Shown here piece after piece: positions 48,601 to 63,600 of a DNA stretch of 64,000 nt. The notes below the pieces were generated by a model. That model saw only the letters and a list, made by a program, of their open reading frames with translations. It made no database searches and was not told the origin of the DNA. The DNA is from Heptranchias perlo (lineage: Eukaryota): NCBI RefSeq assembly GCF_035084215.1, contig NC_090346.1, forward strand, positions 14,384,001 to 14,448,000, given 5' to 3'. The translations under genes were made by a program, and so were the position numbers. Positions within the stretch are counted from its first letter, which is position 1; every line of letters starts with the position of its first letter.

Positions 48601-51600
48601 TTATTATTAATTCACCTATTGGCTGCATATTCAAGTTCAACAACTGATTTTTTTTTGTCTTTAACAAAATGCAGTCTATATGCAAGTTAATACTTGGAAG
48701 CATCCGGCTAATAACACACTGGCACATGTTAAAGCTTACTCTCCCTGGTGTGTGTATTGGAGACAGTGCATCCAGGTCTGCCATTGGGAATTCCATCCCT
48801 TTTCTCTTTAACTCTTCATAAATATGAACTACTCCAGTCAGATCTGGACTACTCCTGAAAGCATCAGCCCAAGCCTAGGAGTGAAGACACCAAGCATCAG
48901 AATCTTTCCAACACACATGGAAGATTAATAATTGTCACTGCGCAAATTCTTATAATGACCTGCTATGTCGGGTCTCTGCTCCTTTTAAATTGCCAGGGAA
49001 TTCCCGGTTTCAACCAAGGAGCAGAGCAGGGCATGCATCTACAATAGGTGCAGGCCCACTATTCCACTGTTAATAAGGCCGAAGGGGATGTTCCCAGTCT
49101 TGCATCTAAATCTCCTGTGGTTGCAGCCTAGGGGCACAGAAATGCAGGACTGTCCCAAGAGGTTGGTGGTGGGCCTTGCACTGGGACTGACACCAAGTCT
49201 GGGTACAGCTCAGCTTGGACAGTGCAGCACGCTTTAGGGATGCCTCACTTGTCCAGCAACCAGGCAGGGAGTGATGGGGGTGCCAGAAAAATCGGCCCCC
49301 AAACGTGGGACCTTCTGGTCATGATGTCTTAGTACAGTACCATACTACACTGCACATTCACGCACTAAGCCATTGAGGGAGCTTAATGGCAGAACGATGC
49401 AACTGGCTGATGAAATTCCACTTTGGCACTCAATGTTACCCAATGGGCACTCACTAAAGAGCAGTTAAATTAATAAGTTAAATTAGTGGCTTTCACTGAA
49501 CAACAAACCACGTTTATGACATACCAGCTAATCACTCGTGGTGTTACTTATGGGTAATATGGGGTCTGAAGTGCAGTTGTATTATTTATCTGCTAACCTG
49601 GTCCATCGCTTTAAAGCTTTTACTCAGGTATTCCCAGGAGGAATGGTCTAAATTGGACCTGAAGTCCATGAAAGGCTAATTATAGTTGGAAGTGATTTGT
49701 TGATGCTTTATGCCAAATATAACATCTCGAATGTGAAAGATGCTCTCAAAACTTTTATATGAATAAATAGATATTTGCACAATGAAGAAGCAATTTCACC
49801 GAATGTGTTTTTTAAAAAAAACACACCTGTATCAATCCAAGGACTTTATCCTGCACAATAGCTGGTGGATTATTCTTGGGTAAGACAATTTTTACCAATA
49901 CGCCATCAATGAAGTCACGGTTGGCTACAAGGACATGGAAACGATGACCACAGTTCTTAACACACGTCTCCAAAATCTAATTTTGAAAGTGAGACAAATG
50001 AAGTTATTTATTGAACTTAAACATGCAGCATTTACTCAATACCTCGCAACAAGTTAATCGGACAGCAAGCATGTGATAAGAACATTTTTTCTGCCCTTAC
50101 CCTATAAAACGTGGTGTAGTAGGAGTGTTACTTTGATTGAAGTTCAATTTTAAAAACTGCTCAAAGTTCTTCTTAGAGATTGCTGGTGGCAGAATTAGCT
50201 ATATTACGCCACTCTTAAGAATCTTACTGAAAACCCTGACAAATAAGTTACACAATTGACTTTTTATTCATTAGGTTTCAGGATATTCTAAGTGAAGGCT
50301 GACAATACTGGCAACTACTGCAAGAGCTTGGATTCTGAAAGCCCATTCAGACTCCCACATTCAATCTTCAAGAGACTAATTTTAGAGTCAAGGAATTGAA
50401 GTGGAGAAACAGTTGGTCTTAAATATCTTTAGCATGGTGGTCAAATATAGTAATTATCCAAACAAGCATTGGCTTGCATGTCATCTAAGAACCCTTTTGT
50501 TTAGTAAAATTCAAAGTAGTTTCAAGGGGCTTTGGGGTAAAAGCAATAGCTGCCGAAACAGGGTGGGAGGGGAGAAACAAAAGGTGACGAGCAATGAAGT
50601 ACACTTAGTTACTGCAGTGGAAGGGGTGCCTGCATGTGAAAAGCAGAAAATATTTTCACACACTTGTGGAATAGCGAGTGGATTGGACAAAGCGTTGCTC
50701 GTTAAACTGAGGCCCCATCTACCTGTTCAGCTGGATGTTAAATATCCCAGGGCTCTATACAATGCAAAGCATAGAGTTCTCTTGGTGTCCTGGCCAACAT
50801 TCAGCCCTCAACCAACACCAAAAACAAATTAACTGGTCATTCAGCTCATTGCTGTACGTGAGAATCCTGCACAAATTAGCTGCTGCGTTTGCCTACATAA
50901 CAACAGTGACTGCATTTTAAAAGTAATTTGTGCCAAGCAGTTGGAGACATTTCTCAGAGAGGTATATGAAAGCAATCTTTTTTTCTACTCACCGTTAAAG
51001 CAAGCATCACTTCCCGGTAGTTTTTGTTTCCACTCAGCCTTTTTTTGAGAGCCCTGATTGCATCCTTTGGCCTACAAAAAGGTGGATTTTTTCTTTTAAA
51101 AAGTCAGTTTTCCTAAGCAGGAGTGCAGCACAACATCAATTTTAATAGTGGAAGCAGGGTGATGGGAACCTGAGCAGGGAGACAGAGGAGGGGGAAACAA
51201 GGATAGAAACAAAAGACAGAAAGGGAAGAAGCAATAGTGGAAGGCAGAGAAAACAAGGGCGAAAAACAAATAGGGCCATAGTGCAAAATAAAACTAAGAT
51301 GACAAGCAATCTTAAAAAGACAAGTCTAAAGGCATTGTGTCTTAATGCGCGGAGCATTCGCAATAAGCTAGATGAATTAACAGCACAGATAGATATTAAC
51401 GGTTATGATATAGTTGCGATTACGGAGACATGGCTGCAGGGTGACCAAGGATAGGAACTGAACATCCAAGGGTATTCAATATTTAGGAAGGACAGCCAAA
51501 AAGGGAAAGGAGGTGGGGTAGTGTTGTTAGTAAAGGAGGAAATCAATGCAATTGTGAGGAAGGATACTGGCTCTGAAAATCACGATGTGGAATCTGTATG

Positions 51601-54600
51601 GGTGGAGATAAGAAACCCAAGGGGCAGAAAACGTTGGTGGGGGTTGTCTATAGGCCCTCAAACAGTAGTGGAGATGTAGGGGAGGGCATTAACAGGAAAT
51701 TAGAGACGCATGCAAGAAGGGTACGACTATAATCATGAGTGACTTTAATCTACATATAGATTGGTCAATCCAAATTAGCAATAATACTGTGGGGGAGGAA
51801 TTCCTGGAGTGTGTACGTGATGGTTTTCTAGGCCAATACGTTGAGGAACCAACTAGAGAACAGGCAATCCTAGACTGGGTATTGTGCAATGAGAAAGGAT
51901 TAATTAACAATCTTGTTGTGCGAAGTCCCTTAGGGAAGAGTGAACATAACATGATAGAATTCCTCATTAAGATGGAGAGTGAAGTAGTTGAATCCAAAAC
52001 TAGGGTCCTGAATCTAAATAAAGGAAATTACGAAAGTATGAGGTGCGAGTTGGCCATGATAGATTGGGGAACTTTACGAAAAGGGATGACGGTGGATAGG
52101 CAATGGCTAATATTTAAAGAATGTGTGCAGGAATTACAACAATTATTCATTCCTGTCTGGCGCAAAAATAAAACAGGAAAGGTGGCTCAAGCGTGGCTTA
52201 CAAAAGAAATTAGGGATAGTATTAGATCCAAAGAGGAGACATATAAAATTGCCAGAAAAAGCAGCAAGCCTGAGGATTGGGAGCAGTTCAGAATTCAGCA
52301 AAGGAGGACAAAGAGATTGATTAAGAGGGGAAAGAGTATGAGAGTAAACTAGCAGGGAACATAAAAACTGACTGTAAAAGCTTCTATAAATATGTCAAGA
52401 GAAAAAGATTAGTGAAGACAAAAGTAGGTCCCTTACAGTCAGAAATGGGGGAAATTATAATGGGGAACAAAGAAATGGCAGAACAATTAAACACATACTA
52501 TGGTTCTGCCTTCACAAAGGAGGACACAAATAACCTGCCAGAAATGTTAGGGAACCAAGGGTCTGGTGAGAGGGAGGAACTGAAGGAAACCAGTATTAGT
52601 AAAAAAAAGTGCTAGGGAAATTAATGGGGCTAAAGGCTGACAAATCCCCAGGGCCTGATAATCTACATCCCAGAGTACTAAAGGAAGTGGCCCTGGAAAT
52701 AGTGGATGCATTGGTGATCATCTTCCAAAATTCGATAGAGTCTGGAACAGTTCCTACAGATTGGAGGGTGGCAAATGTAACCCCACTATTTAAAAAAGGG
52801 AGAGAAAAAAAAAAACAGGGAATTACAGACCAGTTAGCCTAACATCAGTAGTGGGGAAAATGCTAGAGTCTATTATAAAAGATGTGATAACAGACACTTG
52901 GAAGGCATTAAAGGGATTGGACAAAGTCAGCATGGGTTTATGAAAGGGAAATCATGCTTAACAAATCTACTGGAGTTTTTTGAGGATGTAACTAGTAGCA
53001 TAGATAGGGGAGAACCGGTGGATGTGGTGAATTTGGATTTTCAGAAGGCTTTTGATAAGGTCCCACACAAGAGGTTAGTGCGCAAAATTAAAGCACATGG
53101 GATTGGGGGGGAATATACTGGCATGGATTGAGAATTGGTTGACAGACAGGAAACAGAGAGTAGGAATAAACGGGTCTTTTTCGGGGTGGCAGGCAGTGAC
53201 TAGTGGGGTACCACAGGGATCAGTGCTTGGGCCCCAGCTATTCACAATATATATCAATGATTTGGATAAGGGAACTAAATATAACATTTCCAAGTTTGCA
53301 GACGACACAAAGCTGGGGTGGAATGTGAGCTGTGAGGAGGATGCAAAGAGGCTCCAATGTGATTTAGACAAGTTGGGTGAGTGGGCAAGAACATGGCAGA
53401 TGCAATATAATGTGGATAAATGTGAGGTTATCCACTTTGGCTGTAAAAACAGAAAGGCAGTTTATTATCTGAATGGTGATAAGATTGGGAAAAGGGGAGG
53501 TGCATTGACACCTGGGTGTCCTTGTACACCAGTCGCTGAAAGCGAGCATTCAGGTGCAGCAAGCAGTTAGGAAGGCGAATGGTATGTTGGCCTTCATTGC
53601 AAGAGGATTTGAGTACAGGAGCAGGGATGTCTTACTGCAGTTGTATGGGGCCTTGGTGAGACCACACCTGGAGTGTTGTGTGCAGTTTTGCTCTCCTTAT
53701 CTGAGGAAGGATCTTCTCGCCATGGAGGGAGTGCAACGAAGGTTTATCAGACTGATTCCTGGGATGGCAGGACTGACGTATGAGTAAAGATTGAGTCGAC
53801 TAGGCCTTTATTCACTAGAGTTTAGAAGAATGACAGGTGATCTCATCGAAACATATAAAATTCTATCAGGACTAGACAGACTAGATGCAGGGAGGATGTT
53901 CCTGATGGCTGGGGAGTCCAGAAAGAGGGGTCACATTCTCAAGATACAGGGTATGCCATTTAGAACTGACATGAGGAGAAATTTCTTTACTCAGAGGGTG
54001 GTGAACCTGTGGAATTCTCTACCACAGAAGGCAGTGGAGGCCAAGTTATTAGATGTATTCAAGAAGGAGATAGACATATTTCTTAATGCTAAAGGGATCA
54101 AGGGATATGGGGAAAAAGCGGGAACAAGGTACTGAATTAGACGATCATTTTGAATGGCGGAGCAGGCCCAAAGGGCCGAATGGCCTACTCTTGCTCCTAT
54201 TTTGTAAGTTTCTATGTCAAAAATAAAAATTATGGCCGTCACATCAACTCATCCCACTCTCTGAACCAACAAATACAAATGCACCAGTGACCTCAGGTGG
54301 CAGCTAACAAATACTACAGCAGTTAGTGGCTTGGGTGATAGCAAAATCCAAACAGTTCGAGTAACTTAAACATATATTTGTGCATTGGGATTATCTTATA
54401 TCATTAAACCCACTTAGCTATGCGGATTCTTGTTGGTTTTAAGGTCTTAAACATTTGCCTTGTAATTAACTGTCCAGAATTAGTTTGATGTAAATAACAA
54501 GAAATCAGACATTGGATTCTTACATTCCTCCTACTTTAGTTCCTTTGTTGAAGTGCCACAATTGTACTTTCAAGGACACATGGAGCATTTTGGTTTTTGT

Positions 54601-57600
54601 GGAAAACAGAGTTTTTTTTATTCTGGATTCAAATTTTCTCTTCTTTCCTGAAGGGGTATACTTGCCTGAGCATTTCCAGCCCTCCAGTACCTTCCCCAAG
54701 TTGCCATTTCTCATGTATGAGCCTGAGTGAGGCTCTAAATGTGGGGAAAACGTGATTCTAAAGATGTGCCAGAGTGAGGGAATTGACATAACAAGAGTAA
54801 ACTCAGGCAGTCATCCCCCCTTATTTCTATTGATTCAGCAACTGGGTCTCCACATTGCTGGTGGAACCCAGCCCACCATCACCCAACTAAGTGAAAGAGG
54901 GAGAATGTTGCATGGAGGTGCTCTCCCCAGACAGGAACACCAAAATTACAAGCAATATCAGAGCGCCTTAACAGTATTCCAGAACAATTAGTAACAGGCT
55001 CGAGGAATTATACCAGTGGGGCTGCATTCTTTGGCCTTGTTACCACAGCAATATGTATTTTTGTCATGACCTATGACTTGAGTTGTGTGTATAGAGGGTC
55101 TATTGGAGACCAAAGACAAGTCTTGCAGAGTATGAACTAACATAACAGTTACAGACGAAGTAAAATAGTTTCTTAGCTAGTTGCCAGAATGAAAACTCTT
55201 TCCTTAATCTCAAATATCCTTTAACAAGGCTAAGGCATCTATGACCTGAAAGAAATAATGGGGTTTTTGGATCAGTGTTGGGTTACCACCTTTGGCCAAG
55301 TCCAAAACTGACAGAGGCAAAAGCATAAAGTGGGATAATTGTTGCAGTTCTGAGATTTGCTTTGTTACTGTGGAAAATTCATTGAAAACCTTAACATTAA
55401 TAATTATAGATGCAAATGATGGAAGTAATTGGAAAAATGGTCTTTCATTCAAAAAGGACTGCGTGTGTCCAGCTTATATTTTAGAAATTTCTAGTCAGCT
55501 CAGTCAAAAACTGGACAGTCTTGTCCAAAATTGGATGGGTGGCAAAACTAGATCAATGTAAACTAGAAATTGTATGAAATATTTAAGCTACTGTTCTCAT
55601 AACAGAAGAAATTCAAAAGATTCAAATAATATGAAATAATAGAACACATTCTGCAAGTGGGAGCATGTTCCATTCCATCAGATATTTGAAGAGATTAGAA
55701 AGACCACAGGCAGCACATAAATTAGCTCACCCATGTACTGTAATGTACATGTCTTCGCCCACATATTTAATATTCATATACTCAAACATTTATTACTTTC
55801 CCTGTTTGAAATCATCTGATACACAAAAGGACCATAACATTTCACGACACCCCTGCTTAATTCTCACCCTTCTTCCGTCTCATTGATAATATCACAGATT
55901 TCCATATTCAGAGCCCAGTCTTCTGTCTGCAGGGATCCATCTGTAGCTCGTTCTGTTAATACAGAATAGCAAAATACAGGAACTTTGTGTAACACATTGC
56001 CTTCAACAGGTGCCATAAGAGTAAGACTGTAAATAAAACAAATAGCTGAGAGGCTATTTGTCTTAAAGTTGCCTGTGCACAAAAGTCAGTTCACCAGCCT
56101 GATGAGTGAAATCTAAGAGACCAACAAGGCTCTAATTTGAAAGGACTATTGCAAGTTTGGGTGCAATATGCTGGTTACACTGCAAAGCAAGGATCAGAAT
56201 CACTCCAAATTAAAAATTCAACCAAAACATTGTTTATATGCAACTCAAACCAGCCAATGTGAACATACAAACATAAAAAATTGATGGGCAGGAAAAGACC
56301 AGCTGGTCCATCAAGCCTGCCCCACACTATAATGGCCGGAGCACCATGACGAAACACTTTCTCCCCCCCCCCACCGCAACCCCACCTCCCTGAGTCCAAT
56401 ACCAAAGCACTGTATCAGGGAGATTGAATAGATGGGGCACAGTCTATAATAGAACATGTCGGTTGAGGGAAAAGGCCAGATGAAGAAATGTTTTTCCTTA
56501 TCCACATTTTTTCATCTTCTTGTCTCTGTTGTGCTAGAATGACGGCTCATAAAGTATTTGGGAGAGAATTGAAGATAACTGAAGTTCAGATTTTCATTAA
56601 TAATACAGAAGTCATGTTAGTATACCATTACTTCATTAACATAAATACTAAGAATTCAAACTTATGTTACATATGCATATTAGATTTATGGATTACACGC
56701 TAGGCTTTCTGGGTTTTAGTTCTAACTTCAAACCTGTTGCGCATATTATTTATGTAAAAAGTGAAATGAAATATCCAAATAAACATACGGAGACAAAGTC
56801 AACGGCCAAAGCACATTTTACACTATTGGCTCGTCTATAATCTGCAATCCATTCTGGTAAGACTATCAGTTGGTCATGCATCATTCTGTTAAGGACTTCA
56901 ATTTTACTGCAGTCTTTGCATTTCAATTTGGTGACTGATAGCTTTCCTTTAGTTTCTTCAGCGAAACTAATTTCAGAGAGATTTGTACATCAACATATAA
57001 TCAGAGCAGCGGTTTGAAGGAATGCAGTGGGATCATTAAGGAATTAACCAAGCCACAGAATTTCCTGCAGAATGAATATGGATGGAATTAATTTTGCATT
57101 TTCTTCTTTTTCCCTCATCTTCAGAAGGCATGGACTCTTGATGGGATACAGTTCTATGGGCACTGGCAGCCCTCCAATACCTACCTCACTTGAAGAGCTG
57201 TGCTCCATACCTGACCTAAACAGTAGGTATGAGCAGGCCATTTGACCGCCAGTCCTCTTCACATATACACACTTTTCAGCAGGGGATATTAGATAATGAT
57301 CAGCAGTGGTTGATTTTTCCCTCCCTATCCCAAAGGAGCTGAGATCAGCTAACACAGCAAAGAAATTATTTGCATTTTTTAAACCACCACCTCCTCAACA
57401 CTTGATAGTCAATTAATTACTTTTGAAATGCAGCTACCGTTATGTAGGCAAATGTGGCAGCCAATTTGCATACTGCTAGGTCCCACAAACATATAATTAG
57501 ATATATGACCAGTTGCTCTGTTTTGGTGTTGGCTCGCACACCCTGTTCTTCTGTCATGGGATCTTTTATGACATGGGCAGATGGGCCTTCGGTTTAATGT

Positions 57601-60600
57601 CTCATCCAAACGATGGCACCTCTGACAGTGCCGCACTCCCTCGGTACTGCATTGAAGTGTCAGGCTAGATAATGTGTTCAAGTCCTACTGTGGGACTTGA
57701 ATCCACAGGTTTATGGCTCAAAAGCATGAGTGCAACCACCAAATCAAATTGACACAAGTGAATCAAACCTTGTGTCCTCTACTCTGTACTAGAGCTTAGG
57801 CTTCAGTTCTGAAATTATGGAATAGCTTTGATTCAGGTTTCAGTTCATTTGGCACCTTCTCAAATTGGTATCACTAGACAGATTGCACTGTTTGGCACAA
57901 TAATGTGTGACTAAGAACACACACGACATTCCGTTAGTAATACAACACTTGAGCTCTAAATATCAAGTCCATGTCCTCTCAAGTCCTTGAATGTTTAAAA
58001 GTGCATGGTTGCAAACAGATGTGACAGAACTTCCTATAGCAGGTAGAGGTCAGAAACTTATCTATAAATAGAAAGTACGTTAGACTCCTGGGTGGAGGGA
58101 GTAGGTCTGTATATGCGAGTAGAGGAATAAATCACGGTCAAAGAAACTGCTATTTTGAAGCTGTGGTTCTCCTTCACCCACGTAAACGAGATCAAAGAAA
58201 CACTGTACACTGCAGGTTGCAAATTTATTATAGGCATACTGACAGAAATATTTTTAAAAAATTGTTTACAGAATATTCCATGTTTCAAAGAGTTTGACAA
58301 CAAAATGTGGAGTATGTTTGTCTTGAACATACTATCAAAGACTAATTTCACCCCTCATCGACAACCAATACACCACAGACTAAAGTAAAAGGGTAGGAGG
58401 CCTTTATGAAATATCCTGAAAAGTCTAGGTCGTATAAACATTATATTAGTCCAATGGAATGAGAACTGATGCACCATCGTTGAAATAACCTTGTTCTGGA
58501 AGTTATTTTCTGCTGTCTTGTCATTTCATGCACTCTCTCTGGCTAAAAGGGAATGCTGCCAACCTGCTCCCTGATCCCCAGCAATCCCACTCAAACAGAC
58601 CACTGGTAAGATACTCCAGAACAGTTAGCAAAACAGGGAAAGGGAGTGAATGGATGCAGGTCTTCCACAACTATGTGTAGTTTCCCCCACCCCCAATCCT
58701 CTTTCCTGCTCTCCCTTAGGCTCAGTTTCTTGCTGGGATAAGGAGCCAGCCCTCCAATATCCCAACCAAGATACCATTCTTGCCGTTGCAGCATATGCCA
58801 GTGGGCCATTTAACCACAGAGGTCATCACAGCAGAGCACAATCTTGTCCTCACCTGAAGTCCACACACACACTCTAATAGGAGTTACTGGGTAGCAAGCA
58901 AGAGTGAAAAACGTGGTTCATTTTTTTCCTTCTCCCTAGTCCAGGGAGATGGATGCAATCTTCAGCACTCCAACTGCCGAGATCAAGTAACTCAACACAA
59001 ACTTTCTGGTCTGTACGGCTTAGTATCACATCGCACAATTACCCATTAAGCCAGCAGGGGAGTTCTCCGCTGCAGTTTTGTTGAGCACTACAAATCAAAT
59101 TATATACATCAAAAATCAATGCAAAATAAATTGTGCATGCACATGATTTACTGTTGCATATGTAGTATACTTGGGTACTACTCCCTCTCCTCCTACCGAT
59201 TTTACAGACATTAATACGATGAGAGGAGAAGCATGACTGAGCGCAAATAAAAATTCTGTAAAGGACATTAGAGTACTTGTGGTAGCCATGCCTTTGTGCC
59301 ATTACAAATCCTGCTGCGCAGTGTGCCATTACTGTGGGATAATGTACACTCTATGAAAAATGTGAGTGAAAGAAGATTACAGATTGACCTTGCTGGCTTG
59401 AAACAAATGTTGGAGAGAAAGGAAATCTCTAAAATTAAATGGCTGGATTCAAGCCATCAACTGTCGGATTGTTTTACTAAAAGTACACGTGCGAAGAAAT
59501 TATTAAGGGTCCTGGAGAAGGGTCGCCTCACAATGTAATGCTTTGAGTGGTATAAGTTGTACAGAGTATGGAAGCTTTTTTTTAAGTCCAAAAAAAATCG
59601 TAGTTTCCGACCTCCACCTTTAGGCAGCCATCCTCCGCTACCGTGTAATAAACGAGATAGCCAGGTGGTGAAGGATAGACTACTGGAGCCTAGTCTTCAG
59701 TTGCTTCCAAGCCTTTATTCTCAGATCCCCTTACACACCCTGCTCCCCCTAAATAAGCTCTCATGTAAATGGATACAAGAGAGTCCCCAATTGATACGCA
59801 CCACCTGAATACAATTAACACTAATTGATATAAATCATCTGGATACAATTAACAATTACATCTGTGGAAGCTCCAATTTTAATCAAAGGGGAATAAATGA
59901 AATCCACCAAAACAACATGTTTTACTCTGGTTCAACAGAATTACCTCTTATTTTTGCCAATGCAGCTCCCATTTCAACCTACAAGCAAATTATAAGATTG
60001 CAAGTGCAGTGTGCATTCACCAGCACAAGTCCACTTTGTGGCACAATGTAACAGGGGCGCTAACATACTAAGCTACCGAGTTGCTTTGAAATAAGTGGCA
60101 TCTAATAACACCGCAAACATGCAAAAAGCTTCTGCGGAGGGATAAAAGTTTCCAAAGGATGTTGATTTTATGCTTATTTATTTTAATGCAAACCAAGTGA
60201 ATTCCAAAAGAAATGAGACACAGCCCTGTAGACTGCTAATCCCGGCTATGCACAGCTCCATTAATTTGTTGCCTTGTTTTCTGTAAACTGGTGGACAGAT
60301 TTACAGTAATTAGTGCTGACATTATGAAGGATTTCTGGTACAAGAGTCATTGTTTGCAAAGAATTCCTATCTGTAACTGCGTGGATCAGAAATGCTGCAT
60401 AAACCTTTTAAAACAGAAAATTCTGTACACTTACGACAGGCTTCAGACCTGCTTTATCATCATGCTGGTCAGAGGCAGCCAAGAAGCAGACATTTCAGAT
60501 AGAATCTCTTTCCCTCCAAGTGAAATCCTAAATTTGTCATTGGCATAATAAATTGGAAATGCGAAACGCTGCCCCAATTCACTGCAGCAGAGCTTCTGAA

Positions 60601-63600
60601 TATCACTGGTACGGGAAGTTTTACAAATATCTGCTCCTAGGCCACTTCTGGCAGCAGACAACAACTCTCAGTGTCCTCAGCAAGACTGTTCACACTGTAG
60701 GTTTGAAAGTTGTAATTCTGTTACTGTAAGTTGCAGTCGACGACAAAATCGACAGAATATAGTAGCAAATGACTACAACAGAAATCATCTTCCAACAAAA
60801 CTAAAAACAGCTCCTTCACTTTTACTAATGAGAACCATGTGCTGCTTACTATAACTTCAAACTTGTTGGATGAGATAAGTGTTGCATAATACTATGGCAC
60901 CAGTCGTAACTTTACTTTTTAAATACAGTCACCCTTGGAAATCAGCGATAGTACTATCGTGGAAAACTATTCGCAGCCACCGTAGTTACTATATATCGAA
61001 GGATCTAAGAAAAAAAAAAGCTATATACAAAAAAAGTAAGCAAATGGGAAACTATCTCTAGCTTGTATGAACAGATCAGACATTCAGCCTGTCGACGTCC
61101 AATTAAAATGGTTTATGTCATCAGCAGTGTTTATATTTGACACTGGAGTGCTGCTACCATGGAGAAGCCAGAGAACCCCACCTCCTTAGTTTATTTCTGG
61201 AGGCAGCAGCATCACCTCATTTACTTTGTTGCACTGTGAAGTGAAGTTAAATGTGTGCTCATTTACAGACAACTGTACTTGGTTAAGAAGTGGATTGAAG
61301 ACTTCCAAGTAGTATAGACACAGATGATCCAAACATTTGTGCAAAACTGTCTTGTTGGGAGTCATGGGTATGTCATGTAAAATGTCATAAATGCAACTGG
61401 TCAATGTTGAATAGTGTAAACTGGATGCTGGATCGATATGCTGTGCAAATTTTGTTTAATCCCTTTCATGACTCGGAGACAAATTTCAGAGTTTTCTTGG
61501 ATTTTTTTCAGTAAGCTTTTGTACTTAGGTACTCGTCAAACTGAGGAATGTCACTGCTGGGTAACACAGCACTTGTGTTCTTTTTGGCATCCAGTGTCAA
61601 TATCAAGCTTAGGTGGGTCAGGTTCGAGTTAGGTGCAAAATAAATCTCCTCCTACACTTTCCTCGAGGGATCGAAGTGTAGCACTTTTATCCCTTCTATG
61701 CATTGCTGTGAGAAAACAACCAACATTTTAAGATCAATCCTTCCCCAAACTCCACCAGTGGGCATTTTCCATTTTGCACATCTGCAATTCTAATGCTGTC
61801 TTTGAAGATGTTTGCCAGTTTAATGGCAATTAATGCTGAATATTGGGTGCTTTTGTGCTTTGAGCAGGAAAGAGTCCTTTTTTAGCAATATAATTTATTG
61901 GCAAGTTTAATGTTTTTCTAAGAATTCTAAATTCACCATCAAGTCTCACATATTAACAATGGGCACTTGAGTGGCAGTATGGGAGGGAGACTGCACCTAT
62001 GAAACCATACCCCAGTAAGGAATCAACACCTTCAGGAGATGTGGGAGCAAATTGGCAAAAAAATAAGGAAAGCTCCCTCCAGATTAGAATGAATCTACTT
62101 TGGCAGTTAAATCTTTAGAAAAATACAATTTCCAAGTTGAAAATGGCAATTTCCAAGCATAGTGGAGTACCAACAAGGTGTGCAACTGAGTGCAATGCAA
62201 ATTTGTAGCCACAATTTCTCACAAAGCTGTACCTGTGGCAGAGATAGAGAAGAATTAAAACACCTCTCTGTGGGGGTCAGTGGGTAGTGCAACAGGTTAA
62301 ATAGCTAACACTGTTGCTTCACCACAAGCTGCAGTTTGGATCCAGCATAGTAGGTAGGATGAAACTTTTCTCCCTCTAGCAGCCATTAGGGATCCAACAC
62401 TGCCATTTTGGCAGTGACACAACATATTAGTGGCCTAGGGAGTGGCCTGGGCCTTACTCCCCAACTAACCCTTACAATTAGGCATGGTGCATAGCATAGG
62501 AAGAACCAGAGAAAAGACAGCTTGAACAAAAAGATCATAATTTTTTCTATAAAAAGATTCTTAGACACCCCCAATCAACAGCAGTAGTAACAAGGTCTAC
62601 AAATCCTTAATTTGGACACAAAATTCACATTTAAAATACAAAAATATCCCATCAAGCTTTGAAAATATGCACTTCCTTTAAACTATACCTATTTAAACCC
62701 TCATTTAGATCACAGTTCATCCACTGATCATAAAACTATAGCAAGTTATTAGTTGTGCATCTGTTGACATGTAATATATAACAACTGCATTGAAAAGTGT
62801 AGTATACAACAAATATTCCTAAAGTATTCATTTTGATGTATGAAACAGATTTTAATGCCTCAATTTTGGGGGAAAAGGGAAAATTCTATATTTATAGTGA
62901 GTTTGCATCCTGTACCGCATTTGTGGTGCTCATTAAAGCTCGTTTGGTGAGTGCACCAAGGTTGGTGGTACCTTTGAGCAACCAGCCAAAAACAAATCAC
63001 TGTGATGGGTACAGTCGCCTTTTACAGGCTTTTTGGATCTGCTCTTTAGTTTGTATCCAGTCAAACCATCTAAACGCGTGTCAGTCACCAAGACGTTTTG
63101 CAAAGGCTCAGGATTTCTCAAGACTGGCGAGTAAACGAATCGCATGTTGCAATTCTAATCTTGGATAAGAGCTTGCGTTTACTCAGCTTCTAAACTGTTA
63201 CGAATTATGCCTTTTTTTGCATTAAAGTTGAAATAAATAGAATAAGAAAATCATTGACTAAAAGAATGCATTGACACAAACGGTTCAAGCTGGTGCCAGG
63301 AGCGACCAGCGTCCAACAAGGACCAAGGAGGAGAGGGCAATCTGATTGCTCCTAAGCTCCGTTCCTCTCAATCGCTTTCAGTAGCTGCAAAACTTGATAA
63401 ATTAATTTGTCCAAAAAATTATAATAAACCTCTTTGGGCCGTTTCGTTTTCAAATGACATTGCAAAAATGTAAACAAACATTTTTCTTTTGGGCGGAAAC
63501 CATTACGCTATGCGTCACCCTGAAAAAACATTTAACAGGCACTGTCCTAATAATTTAAATGACTACCTCCCTCGTTATTTTTTAAAAAGATAAAAACTAA

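Noticed and set aside
60440-60700. Possible cryptic exon or transposase remnant in intron 1
   Set aside because: Stops in the plausible frames and no recognisable protein motif.
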